From a virus (taxonomy: Duplodnaviria; Caudoviricetes): 44,227 nucleotides of DNA. The DNA lies in the IMG/VR virus record IMGVR_UViG_3300045131_001670, positions 1 to 44,227 of that record; one strand, written 5' to 3'. Shown here piece after piece: positions 36,901 through 44,227 of the stretch. Positions within the stretch are counted from its first letter, which is position 1; each line of letters begins with the position of its first letter. The position numbers were made by a program, and so were the translations under genes. The notes below the pieces were generated by a model. It was not told the DNA's origin. It was given only the letters and a program-made list of their open reading frames with translations, and made no database searches.

Positions 36901-39900
36901 TGAGATTACGTCCGGACATTCCAATCACAACACTGTGGAAGAAGTGACCATTCTCGTGAATCATTGTCTGGATGTCGCCGGGCGTTTTGATGCGAATAAC
37001 ATCTGTAAACGGCTTAAATATACCAAGCACACCTTTACCGGCACGGAATCCACCTTTACGGCTTTTCAGTCCGATGCTGTTTAGTGTGTCGATAATATCG
37101 TTCAGAGTATATACTTCATCGTTAGGAACGCCTGGACCATAAGTTGGTGCAGCCTGTTTTTTATTGCCCATGCTTGTTGACATCAGCACTTCTTCCGGCG
37201 GCGGTGGCGGTACAGGTTTGCCATTGCTATCCAGAGTTGTCGGCATCGGCACTGGCATCAGATTTTTCTTATATCCTTCCTTAAGAAATTCGGTGACTTG
37301 TTCGTTTCCTTCTTTAGCCACTGATAACAGTTGTTTGCCATCAAAGAATGCATGACCATTACGCATATCCACAGGAAGGAATTTTACTGTCTTTTTATCG
37401 TGGTCAAGTTTATAGAACAGGTAATCTTTTTTCCCGAATGCGGTAGAGTAATCAATAGGTCTATCCATTGCCACCATTTGTTTTCCGTCTGTGGTAATGG
37501 CTACATATGGTGGTAACCCATTAGTTTCAGTCACTTCTCCTGTTATATCATCTACAATTATACGTGCCTTTGCAGTATTCCAATCAGGCAATACCTTGTT
37601 CATTACTTCGTCATACTTGTGTTCGGTGGCTGTGGAAAACTTTTCCGTCTTTGCCGTTTCCTGCCCCGTAGCGAGTGATGCTTCTGGTTTTGGGGGAATA
37701 GGTGCAGTAGTTAAATCAGGGTAATTTGTAAGCACTTCTGGCGGTACGTTTTTACCTTTAGATAACGCATAAATAATATCTTTTTTAGTAAATCCAAAAT
37801 TATCTGGTATTTCTTCGGGCTTTCCTTGTTTATTCCAAAAATTTACTTCTGTATTTTTAATTTTTTCTTTTGCTATATCAATTAGATTTTTAGGTATGTT
37901 TATACCGTTTGACATATTTTTAATTTTATTTAAATCTTTATTGTTAAGTGTTTTTTCGTGAGAAAACGGCAAATCAGAATCTAACAATATTTCATTATCA
38001 CCACCTCTTGTTTTAGATAATTCACCTTTTAATATATGTGGTTTAGCATTACCTTGAATAAAATTATATTCTAATATATTTTTAGCCATAGTTTGTATTA
38101 ATTCTTTAGCTTTTAATTCTAAAGATTCTCCAACTCTTGACCTTACAACAGTTTCAATATAATTTGGAAATATATTATTAACACTTATACCATCTTCGTT
38201 TATATTAAAATTAGCAGCATTTTTACTTTTTTCTCCAATTTTAGGAATAGTTTTTGAATATCTTATAACAAGATTTTCACCATTTAAAACTCTATTAAAA
38301 ATATTTTCAACAGATTCTATCGTTTTGTTAACGTCAACAACTTGATTAGGTTTAACAGGTGCGGATTGTGGTGTTTTCTGCTCTTCCGATTCTTTTAAAC
38401 CTTTTTCGGATTTGGTACTAAACCTTATATCCGAATTCTTCCCACTGAAGTCGCCGTTGTTGCCTGTGGCGGACTTTATTTGGGTATCGTTGAAGGCAAA
38501 AATGACATCATTTTCAAGAGGAATACCATCGTATCCGTTTTTAAATATGATTCCATCTTTACCTTTGTTTTGTGCTTCATATACTGCGTTATTTTTAAAA
38601 CCATTAATATCATATATTTTCTTACCATTAATTTTAAAATACATATTTTCTGTATGATATTGCTCTGCATATTTTTTAGCGTCAATGATAAGAGGATTTT
38701 TTAAGCTGACATATAAATCCATTATATTGTCAGTCTTTTTTACACCACGCTGTTGTTCTTTAACAGTATATTTATCATTATAATATTTAGCTACCTCTTT
38801 TGAAGTTGTCAACCATATCCCATCAACTTTATTTTGATCGCCAAATCTCGTATTGGTTTTCGTATCAAATACAGTAAATTCCGCATTTGTCCCATGATAA
38901 ACCACCATAGGTCTACCCTGCTCGTCAACAACCTTAGAATCCCCGAACCACTTGTTGAAGTTTTTAATGCCTTCTTCAGTCGGGTGGATAGGCTGACCGA
39001 GAGAGTTTTCGGATTTGGTGGAGAACTGCTTGCTGCTGGGAGTTGTTTTTGCTGCCAAACGCTGAGCATCTTTAATAGACTTGTCCATAGCTTTAGCGGC
39101 TTTCTCTTGAGCCTTAGCCACTTCTACCTGAGCAGGACTCATCAACTGTCCTTTATACTCAACAGTATCACGTTTCCATTTTATAGGCATCTTATCATTT
39201 AATATATCATTAACCGCCTTATCAACGGACGGCATATGTGGGTCTTCTATCGGAGGAGCATAACCTTTCAGCATCTCCTGATTAAGCTTGTCATCAAAAA
39301 TAGGCTTAACGGCTTTTTGTTCAATAAATTGTCCCTCGTTATTATAAATCTTTCTGTCAATAATTAACTTATAATAATCTGGATTTATTTTTAACTTAGG
39401 GTCATATCGATACGGCAAACCTTCGCCATCTGCGGATATCTTTTTACCAGTAGGTTCTCCTTTTTCGTACACAAACTGAGGGAAGACTGGAGTGATACCA
39501 TAGTCTTCGCACATTTCAAGATATTTCTGTACATTTCCTTTATGTTCTTTAAACGGCGGTGTTACTAATTTGAAATCAGTTGAACCTGCTGTTTTACCAA
39601 CACCCCACGCACCACCATATTTTTCATTCTTTTTCATGTTATCTTGAACAATTTGTTTTTCTTCCGCTGATAAACGCCCTCTACGCCATCCTGCTATTTT
39701 ACTACCCTGGGTCTCTGTGTAGTCTGTAAAATCCATATTTAACGCCATTCTTCTTACTACACCTAATCCTGACCTGTGGTACGGAATAATATAGTCAATG
39801 TTTTTATCTGCCATCAATGCCCATATATGCTCGTCAGATGCCCCGATAGCAACAGTACCAACAGTATCACTATATAATTTACGTAACTCTAAAGCTATCT

Positions 39901-42900
39901 CTAATGGCATCCCTTCTATAGGGTCAAACATTAATTTACCTTCAGCATCAAATCCCGGCTTTAAACCTTTTATTGATACTGGTATTAATGATAAATTAAT
40001 CATCATTCCTGTCTTGCCAAATGCCCTTGCAAAGTCCGGAACTTTTGTATAGGCGTGTCCTTTTAATCCGACCATGCTCATATCTACGATAGCTTGCATA
40101 CCATCAAGAAGATGATGTAGTTCAAAGTCTGACCATGATTGCCATCGTTGTCCTGATTCGTCATTTGCTAATTCTAAATATTCTCGTCCTTTCTTAGATG
40201 AATAAAACTTTCTTATCTCATCGCTGTACTCAGTACGAGTTTCTGTAGCCTTAGCGTTTACCGCAGAAAATATAGCACGGACATCTTCAAACGGATGGCG
40301 ATATTTATTGCTATCTGCTTTATTAGGGTCGTACTTAGGGTTATCGTAATTATATTTAGGGTTATCAGATTTCATATCTGCCAATAAAGTATCTAACCCT
40401 TTTTGCGTAAGGAAATACTCTTTCGGAATATTAGGGAATCTGTCCATAACTTCATTCAATAAATTGCCAACAAACATTCGTTTGGTTTCTACATAACATG
40501 GTCCACACGAAACAGCAATTCCATTATTTTTTAAAATCTCACGAATATACAAGAACTCAGAATCATTTACCGCTCGTCCCAGTTTCATCTGAACTGATTC
40601 TATTGTAGCTTGCATAATATATCTTTTCATACATAACGTAGAAAAGTCTACAGATTTTTTATAATGTGGGTCTGAATTATTTTTTAATGGAGAATATAAA
40701 TCTGACGGCACATAGTCTAATCCTAAATCAGCATTCTCAATAATAAAAGCAGTCACATTGTCTAACGATTTAACCCAATCATTAACTTCTTTCTCAGAAA
40801 TATTATGATCTTTTGCCCATTGAATAACTTGTTCACGTTCTCTTTGCCATGAACCAATAGAAAACTTACTGCTTGGTGCAATAGCATCTGCTGACTCACT
40901 CATAATAACACTGTCTACCGCAGCGTTAAACTCTTCTGACAATTGCTTATTTGCCGCTTTTTCTTTTAAGTTCTTCTTCTCAATACCAGCAACATCTAAT
41001 TCTTGTGGCTTTCTGTTCCAAACCTCGCCTGACCGCATCTGTGAAAAGATTCTTTCTGCTGCGGCATTGTTCGGTGTCAGTATCTTATTGACAATGTTCT
41101 GGAAGAATCTTTTAATCTTTCCGAATATTGTATTCGGAACAGGCTTATCATTCCAGTTCTCATAAGCTATGGCAATATTTTCTTCGTTGCCATACTTGCG
41201 TACTAACGCCGTATATTCTTTTTCTGTTATTGCTCCCATCTTGAATGCGGCGTGAGCAACCTCGTGGTATACAGTTCTGCCTGTACCGATGTTAAAAGGT
41301 TTCTCGGCTGTCCCACGTGCGATACTGATGACACCATCAATGCCTAAAATTTTCTTACCATCAGCGTCTACAATATCGAACATACCATTAGCGTAGTAGC
41401 CTTCCTGTAAATCCGCATTGTCAATTTTATCTGGATTTTTAAAGCGGAATTTTCTACCGCCAATTTCAACATCAAAACTGCCATCTTCTAATTGCACCAC
41501 AGATGTCGCTGTCGGCATTGCCGCTTTAATCATGTTGGCATTTAAGCCGTTGACCGGGTTATCATTATGGTCACGAATGTCCCAGTTTTTATTTTTCGGA
41601 TTCCACTCTACTTTTAACCCTGTACCATCTTCATGCACAACAACAAATCCCTTGCCTGTTTTATACACGTCAGACATCGGGAAATGGTTATATATATTCT
41701 GCATAGCAGATTCCATGATAGGAGAAGATGGGACTACCTCGGCATTTTTCAGTGGTATTCCTTCGGGAAAATATTTTTCCATAATGTCAGGATACTTTAA
41801 TGCCATAACCTTAATCATCGGGGTAATTCTTTTTCCTTCAATTGCCCTGACAATAATGTCATGCTCAGCAGAACCTTTATTTCCATTCAATTCTACAGTT
41901 AAGTTTCTTGACCATTCTCCCGACTCTTGTTGGCGTACTATTTCACCTTCTTTAGTTAACGGAATAAAAGGCTCATACTCTCCAACTTCCTGTTTATACT
42001 TTTCTTCCCACTGATAAGCCTTGCCCATACTCTCTTTCTTTTTTTCTTCTACCTGAGCAACAAAGGCTTCTTTGTCATCAACGACAAAGTACCCCAAATT
42101 AGGATCGCTATTAATAATCTCATCCTGAGTTCGCTTATCAAACTTCGTAAAGGTTTCTTTTGATTTGATTAACTGTTGGTCAAAAGATTCAAGAGCCTGT
42201 TGCAACTGGTCAATAGTTTCGCCTTCCTGTGCCTTAGTCGGGTCTTCCTGTAACTCTTTAATCCTTTCTTCAATACCACGTTTGGATATTTCAAGATACC
42301 TGATAGCCTTAGCAGTGCTTTCAGCGGATTGACGCTTAACACGAATCTTCGTTCTATCCCCCTGTACTGCCCCTATTGCCCCAAGTACGCCGAATAAGGC
42401 ATTCTCGTATGTAAACAACTCTGGCGACATCTGGAGAGCCATGTTGGTCAAAACACCCATTGTTGCGCCGGTAGCACCCTTTGCTACTTCACGCCCTACC
42501 TTGCTTGCTACATTGTCCATGAGCGGTGTCAGTTTACCAGTGATAGCATGAGATAATCCACCAACAACATTCATGTGGATAATTTCTCTCTTCAGTTCTT
42601 CCGGATCAATTTTCTCGCCAGCCATCGCACGACCGATTGCGCCTTCCAACGGAATCGCTGTATTAACCATGATGGTGGATAACGCTTCACGCATCCCCGG
42701 CTTAAGCGAACCCAACACGCCTTCAGCAGTTGTTGCTGTATTGGCAATCTTTTTAGCGATATAGCTTTTCTCTAAAATCTTTTCGGGGATAAGTATCTTA
42801 GACGCTAATTTAGCGGCGGCTTCCCCTCCCCACATAAATTGTGGCAGTTGTGCCGTTAAGCTTGCAGATGCATATACTTTTGGGTCTACCTGCAAATCCT

Positions 42901-43942
42901 CAGGATTGATAAGAGATTCGCCGATAAAAGGAATCTGAGATATACCTGCAGCAGTAATGGTCAAGCCTGTCGTTGCTGACTTCTCATCTTTCTTGCTGAT
43001 GGCACGTGTCGCCGCCGCATTCTCCTGGTCCTTAATAGCGTTCTGCCATCGTTTCTGTTGTTCCGGCGACCACGAGTTATAACCAGTAGGAACAGGCATC
43101 TGACCTTTCTGCCACGGAGTTAACTCAGTAAGAATATCAGGCTTTTTCTCCGGTGTTAATCCATATGATTTGATATACCCGACTGCCTTATTTAGCGTTG
43201 CGTCAAGCTTCTGAAATTTCTGTTCTTCCATAATATCCGGAATGCTTAACCCTGATAGAGCGTGAGTTGTTGATGCTTTAAACTCTTCACTTCTGTTCTG
43301 AGCGGTAGAGTATGCTAACTCCAGATTAGTTTTCTTCAGTGACTCAGCACCCTTAGGGTCAAGTTTGGCGTATCTGGCAATAATATCCTTAGGAAGATAT
43401 ACATCAGTTCTTCCGCTATCAATAATTGCGGTCCAGGCGACAATACTGTTAAGCAGATGCTGTCGTTCGTCAACGGATAGCGGAGCGTCCCATGCTTTCT
43501 TTGCCAACGCATTGACTGATTTATTAAAAACCTGCAAGGCTTGAATAGGTGCTTTCTGTCCCGGCGGTGCGTATAGTTTGTGATATTGTGCTAATGCTTT
43601 GGCTTCATCGGCTTTGTATTTTTCATGCTTGATAGTATTGTATGTGCTTTCGATTAAACTTGCAGCATTTGTTAAAACATTACCTTCTAATTTACCTTCA
43701 AGTATTGGAGGTAAAGTTATTTTACCCGATGGTTTAGGGTTAGCTTTTTCATAAGCTTCATAAAATTCTAAATCTGAAAAAGATGCTTTTCGTGTAACAG
43801 GCGGAGCAACAGGCGGCAACGGCACAAACGGCTTTACAGCCGGAGCAGAGAACACTGGATAATCGTCCGGCAGTTCTATTGGTGCGGATGACACTGACTG
43901 CTCAGGATAATCGTCTGGCAATAATATCGGTTCGTTGCTCAT
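33932..43942 (-). CDS. Giant polyvalent internal virion (ejection) protein with HExxH peptidase-like motifs, ART-PolyVal-like and LPD38-like domains
   Basis: 3336 aa. HEVAH and HENGH motifs; KWFGDSKVVDEQGRPMVVYHGT...QIKSATGNNGDF (ART-PolyVal pattern); C-terminal DEDYNRLPDYIRD...VPLPYMYGLLFKAIPER (LPD38 pattern). Confidence 0.85.
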   Translation of the reverse strand: MSNEPILLPDDYPEQSVSSAPIELPDDYPVFSAPAVKPFVPLPPVAPPVTRKASFSDLEFYEAYEKANPKPSGKITLPPILEGKLEGNVLTNAASLIESTYNTIKHEKYKADEAKALAQYHKLYAPPGQKAPIQALQVFNKSVNALAKKAWDAPLSVDERQHLLNSIVAWTAIIDSGRTDVYLPKDIIARYAKLDPKGAESLKKTNLELAYSTAQNRSEEFKASTTHALSGLSIPDIMEEQKFQKLDATLNKAVGYIKSYGLTPEKKPDILTELTPWQKGQMPVPTGYNSWSPEQQKRWQNAIKDQENAAATRAISKKDEKSATTGLTITAAGISQIPFIGESLINPEDLQVDPKVYASASLTAQLPQFMWGGEAAAKLASKILIPEKILEKSYIAKKIANTATTAEGVLGSLKPGMREALSTIMVNTAIPLEGAIGRAMAGEKIDPEELKREIIHMNVVGGLSHAITGKLTPLMDNVASKVGREVAKGATGATMGVLTNMALQMSPELFTYENALFGVLGAIGAVQGDRTKIRVKRQSAESTAKAIRYLEISKRGIEERIKELQEDPTKAQEGETIDQLQQALESFDQQLIKSKETFTKFDKRTQDEIINSDPNLGYFVVDDKEAFVAQVEEKKKESMGKAYQWEEKYKQEVGEYEPFIPLTKEGEIVRQQESGEWSRNLTVELNGNKGSAEHDIIVRAIEGKRITPMIKVMALKYPDIMEKYFPEGIPLKNAEVVPSSPIMESAMQNIYNHFPMSDVYKTGKGFVVVHEDGTGLKVEWNPKNKNWDIRDHNDNPVNGLNANMIKAAMPTATSVVQLEDGSFDVEIGGRKFRFKNPDKIDNADLQEGYYANGMFDIVDADGKKILGIDGVISIARGTAEKPFNIGTGRTVYHEVAHAAFKMGAITEKEYTALVRKYGNEENIAIAYENWNDKPVPNTIFGKIKRFFQNIVNKILTPNNAAAERIFSQMRSGEVWNRKPQELDVAGIEKKNLKEKAANKQLSEEFNAAVDSVIMSESADAIAPSSKFSIGSWQREREQVIQWAKDHNISEKEVNDWVKSLDNVTAFIIENADLGLDYVPSDLYSPLKNNSDPHYKKSVDFSTLCMKRYIMQATIESVQMKLGRAVNDSEFLYIREILKNNGIAVSCGPCYVETKRMFVGNLLNEVMDRFPNIPKEYFLTQKGLDTLLADMKSDNPKYNYDNPKYDPNKADSNKYRHPFEDVRAIFSAVNAKATETRTEYSDEIRKFYSSKKGREYLELANDESGQRWQSWSDFELHHLLDGMQAIVDMSMVGLKGHAYTKVPDFARAFGKTGMMINLSLIPVSIKGLKPGFDAEGKLMFDPIEGMPLEIALELRKLYSDTVGTVAIGASDEHIWALMADKNIDYIIPYHRSGLGVVRRMALNMDFTDYTETQGSKIAGWRRGRLSAEEKQIVQDNMKKNEKYGGAWGVGKTAGSTDFKLVTPPFKEHKGNVQKYLEMCEDYGITPVFPQFVYEKGEPTGKKISADGEGLPYRYDPKLKINPDYYKLIIDRKIYNNEGQFIEQKAVKPIFDDKLNQEMLKGYAPPIEDPHMPSVDKAVNDILNDKMPIKWKRDTVEYKGQLMSPAQVEVAKAQEKAAKAMDKSIKDAQRLAAKTTPSSKQFSTKSENSLGQPIHPTEEGIKNFNKWFGDSKVVDEQGRPMVVYHGTNAEFTVFDTKTNTRFGDQNKVDGIWLTTSKEVAKYYNDKYTVKEQQRGVKKTDNIMDLYVSLKNPLIIDAKKYAEQYHTENMYFKINGKKIYDINGFKNNAVYEAQNKGKDGIIFKNGYDGIPLENDVIFAFNDTQIKSATGNNGDFSGKNSDIRFSTKSEKGLKESEEQKTPQSAPVKPNQVVDVNKTIESVENIFNRVLNGENLVIRYSKTIPKIGEKSKNAANFNINEDGISVNNIFPNYIETVVRSRVGESLELKAKELIQTMAKNILEYNFIQGNAKPHILKGELSKTRGGDNEILLDSDLPFSHEKTLNNKDLNKIKNMSNGINIPKNLIDIAKEKIKNTEVNFWNKQGKPEEIPDNFGFTKKDIIYALSKGKNVPPEVLTNYPDLTTAPIPPKPEASLATGQETAKTEKFSTATEHKYDEVMNKVLPDWNTAKARIIVDDITGEVTETNGLPPYVAITTDGKQMVAMDRPIDYSTAFGKKDYLFYKLDHDKKTVKFLPVDMRNGHAFFDGKQLLSVAKEGNEQVTEFLKEGYKKNLMPVPMPTTLDSNGKPVPPPPPEEVLMSTSMGNKKQAAPTYGPGVPNDEVYTLNDIIDTLNSIGLKSRKGGFRAGKGVLGIFKPFTDVIRIKTPGDIQTMIHENGHFFHSVVIGMSGRNLKPIPPAFAPELEPLAYAGAKDKMTEGFAEWMVDYIYDPAKALADAPTFYKYFESQLGKNAELSKGIQLLRKQVLSFKNQSALQQVMSTIVTDPQKPKSDSVLTGENKVIRALFDDEIVLQQMVQMYENQTGTKLPATSNPKVLSALAKVSGVPSAWISKGVTDNMNKIISEPLQDIVKGLSPEEMKEFSSYLIAKESIDYINEKGNDEVVPLPKETYEAVVKQTEAKYKALADRIYRYQEHLLNFRVEQGLISAEDAKAWRQKRPHYVPLYRDVEMETGGKQKGGEISKKSYERKGSLLPMHDPIMSIIRDTYLYHSIAARNEMITTTVDLARRIRGGGVFADPIPAPMKMQTLTIEDIVSAAEGQSIGSLVDIQKDRTLFIPGGSYNGKSNVVRIYRNGKAEFYEVAPDIFRMLTVTEPNTWKALKQMTEFLRIGAIDNPDFMSANLVRDMQAIMINRTVKITPKDMINAWKYIATGKAPDSVWQQFNISVGYGASLVGADRVRVKEALDKMRPPQNMRERFIQVFSNGYNSYKDFISMTDLYAKFTHYGSQVKWADAKTRDELVQAVYDAIDQMPFQQKGEWVKKTGANKVWAFLNSNLQGNYRDYRTLRNPETRGMAIMRGVLGLTLPATILYFRNKDDEDYNRLPDYIRDKIFWVRTPKGVVMVPLPYMYGLLFKAIPERILRTAVEKDPKAWRHIEQSILAQSPATPFPITAISPEMQIYWNRTFAGTPLIPESEKRLPGYMQAGANTSKGAMVIGKMIAMAEKQTGVSNSVTQLMQSPRVIQTLFTGHAGRLGGYVLDIIGLVGKGKLLPPQPSIDLQEKMPGISSWVPKEGMISQQQNDVYEDIKKYERRLTEGKKGSPLYKELNPMEYLHYAELSGKLNMISATTKAEKIVRQFDSEDVQELLRNKPIGFELDDPNTNIHDAKRKLLLFLNNDKNKILDERVLNDSLIKLTLENYEKENKVKLTPEEYNTIVKKYKKGVYK

Positions 43943-44227
43943 TTATTTCCCCTTTTTATTCAATACCAAAGGCGGTTGACCATTTGCTTTCAACATACTA
44001 TTAACTCTTGCTAAAGCCTGGTCTTGTGTCATACCTGACGTAATGTAATCATTCAAAACTTCGGGAGCAGTTTTAACTTTTCCGCTTTTTGTTTTAAATG
44101 TCGGCAATGTCCCACTTGTGCTTTTAGCCTGTGGCGCAACAGGCTTTGTCGCAGTCGTCTTATTTCCTGACGGCGGAGCAACAGGCGGATTAGTTCTTTT
44201 CGTGGTAGTCGTGGTTGTTGTTGGCGG
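43943..44227 (-). CDS. C-terminal end of a probable internal virion protein (start outside the window)
   Basis: Open frame PPTTTTTTTKRTNPPVAPP...PLVLNKKGK* ending immediately before the ATG of the giant gene. Confidence 0.65.
   Translation of the reverse strand, partial: PPTTTTTTTKRTNPPVAPPSGNKTTATKPVAPQAKSTSGTLPTFKTKSGKVKTAPEVLNDYITSGMTQDQALARVNSMLKANGQPPLVLNKKGK

Larger units (their letters stand above)
1..44227. mobile_element. Tailed bacteriophage (Caudoviricetes, podovirus-like morphogenesis), near-complete, apparently circularly permuted
   Basis: Terminase, portal, scaffold, capsid, adaptor/nozzle, giant ejection protein, amidase-holin and phage recombination/replication genes fill the window. 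No host housekeeping genes, tape measure, sheath or integrase seen. Confidence 0.95.

Noticed and set aside
35499-42764. Plus-strand ORFs inside the giant gene (e.g. 41418-42014, 198 aa)
   Set aside because: Antisense shadows of a long coding frame with no RBS or recognisable motifs.
1-44227. Integrase/att sites, reverse transcriptase (DGR or retron), group I/II introns, DNA polymerase
   Set aside because: No corresponding motifs, template/variable repeat pairs or interrupted genes were recognised in any listed or manually translated ORF.

Overview
Near-complete genome of a tailed phage with podovirus-like morphogenesis. Both window ends cut through virion genes, so the contig looks circularly permuted with a piece of the tail/ejection module missing. 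No integrase, DNA polymerase or CRISPR is visible. Minus-strand late genes: terS, terL, portal, scaffold, capsid, decoration and tail proteins, an SGNH esterase, beta-propeller proteins, adaptor, and a nozzle-like ORF at 1-3000 that the ORF track missed. Minus-strand middle genes: Cro-like HTH, RecE/RecT-like pair, replication initiator, radical SAM, YopX, RusA, Lar and many small Cys-rich ORFs. Also present are a lysis cassette and a 3336-aa polyvalent ejection protein. The most striking element is a plus-strand early cassette (about 18.7-20.96 kb, strong sigma70-type promoter to intrinsic terminator). Its first small genes are separated by predicted self-cleaving ribozymes of two classes: a type III hammerhead (18846-18909), a twister (19418-19481) whose P1 helix overlaps the next Shine-Dalgarno, and a pseudoknotted type I hammerhead (19818-19882). 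The cassette also has a decayed hammerhead and an unclassified three-way-junction RNA, is bracketed by G-rich/C-rich non-coding tracts, and lies near an atypical tRNA-like gene and a second, truncated replication-initiator module. All calls are by eye from motifs and base pairing; no searches were run.
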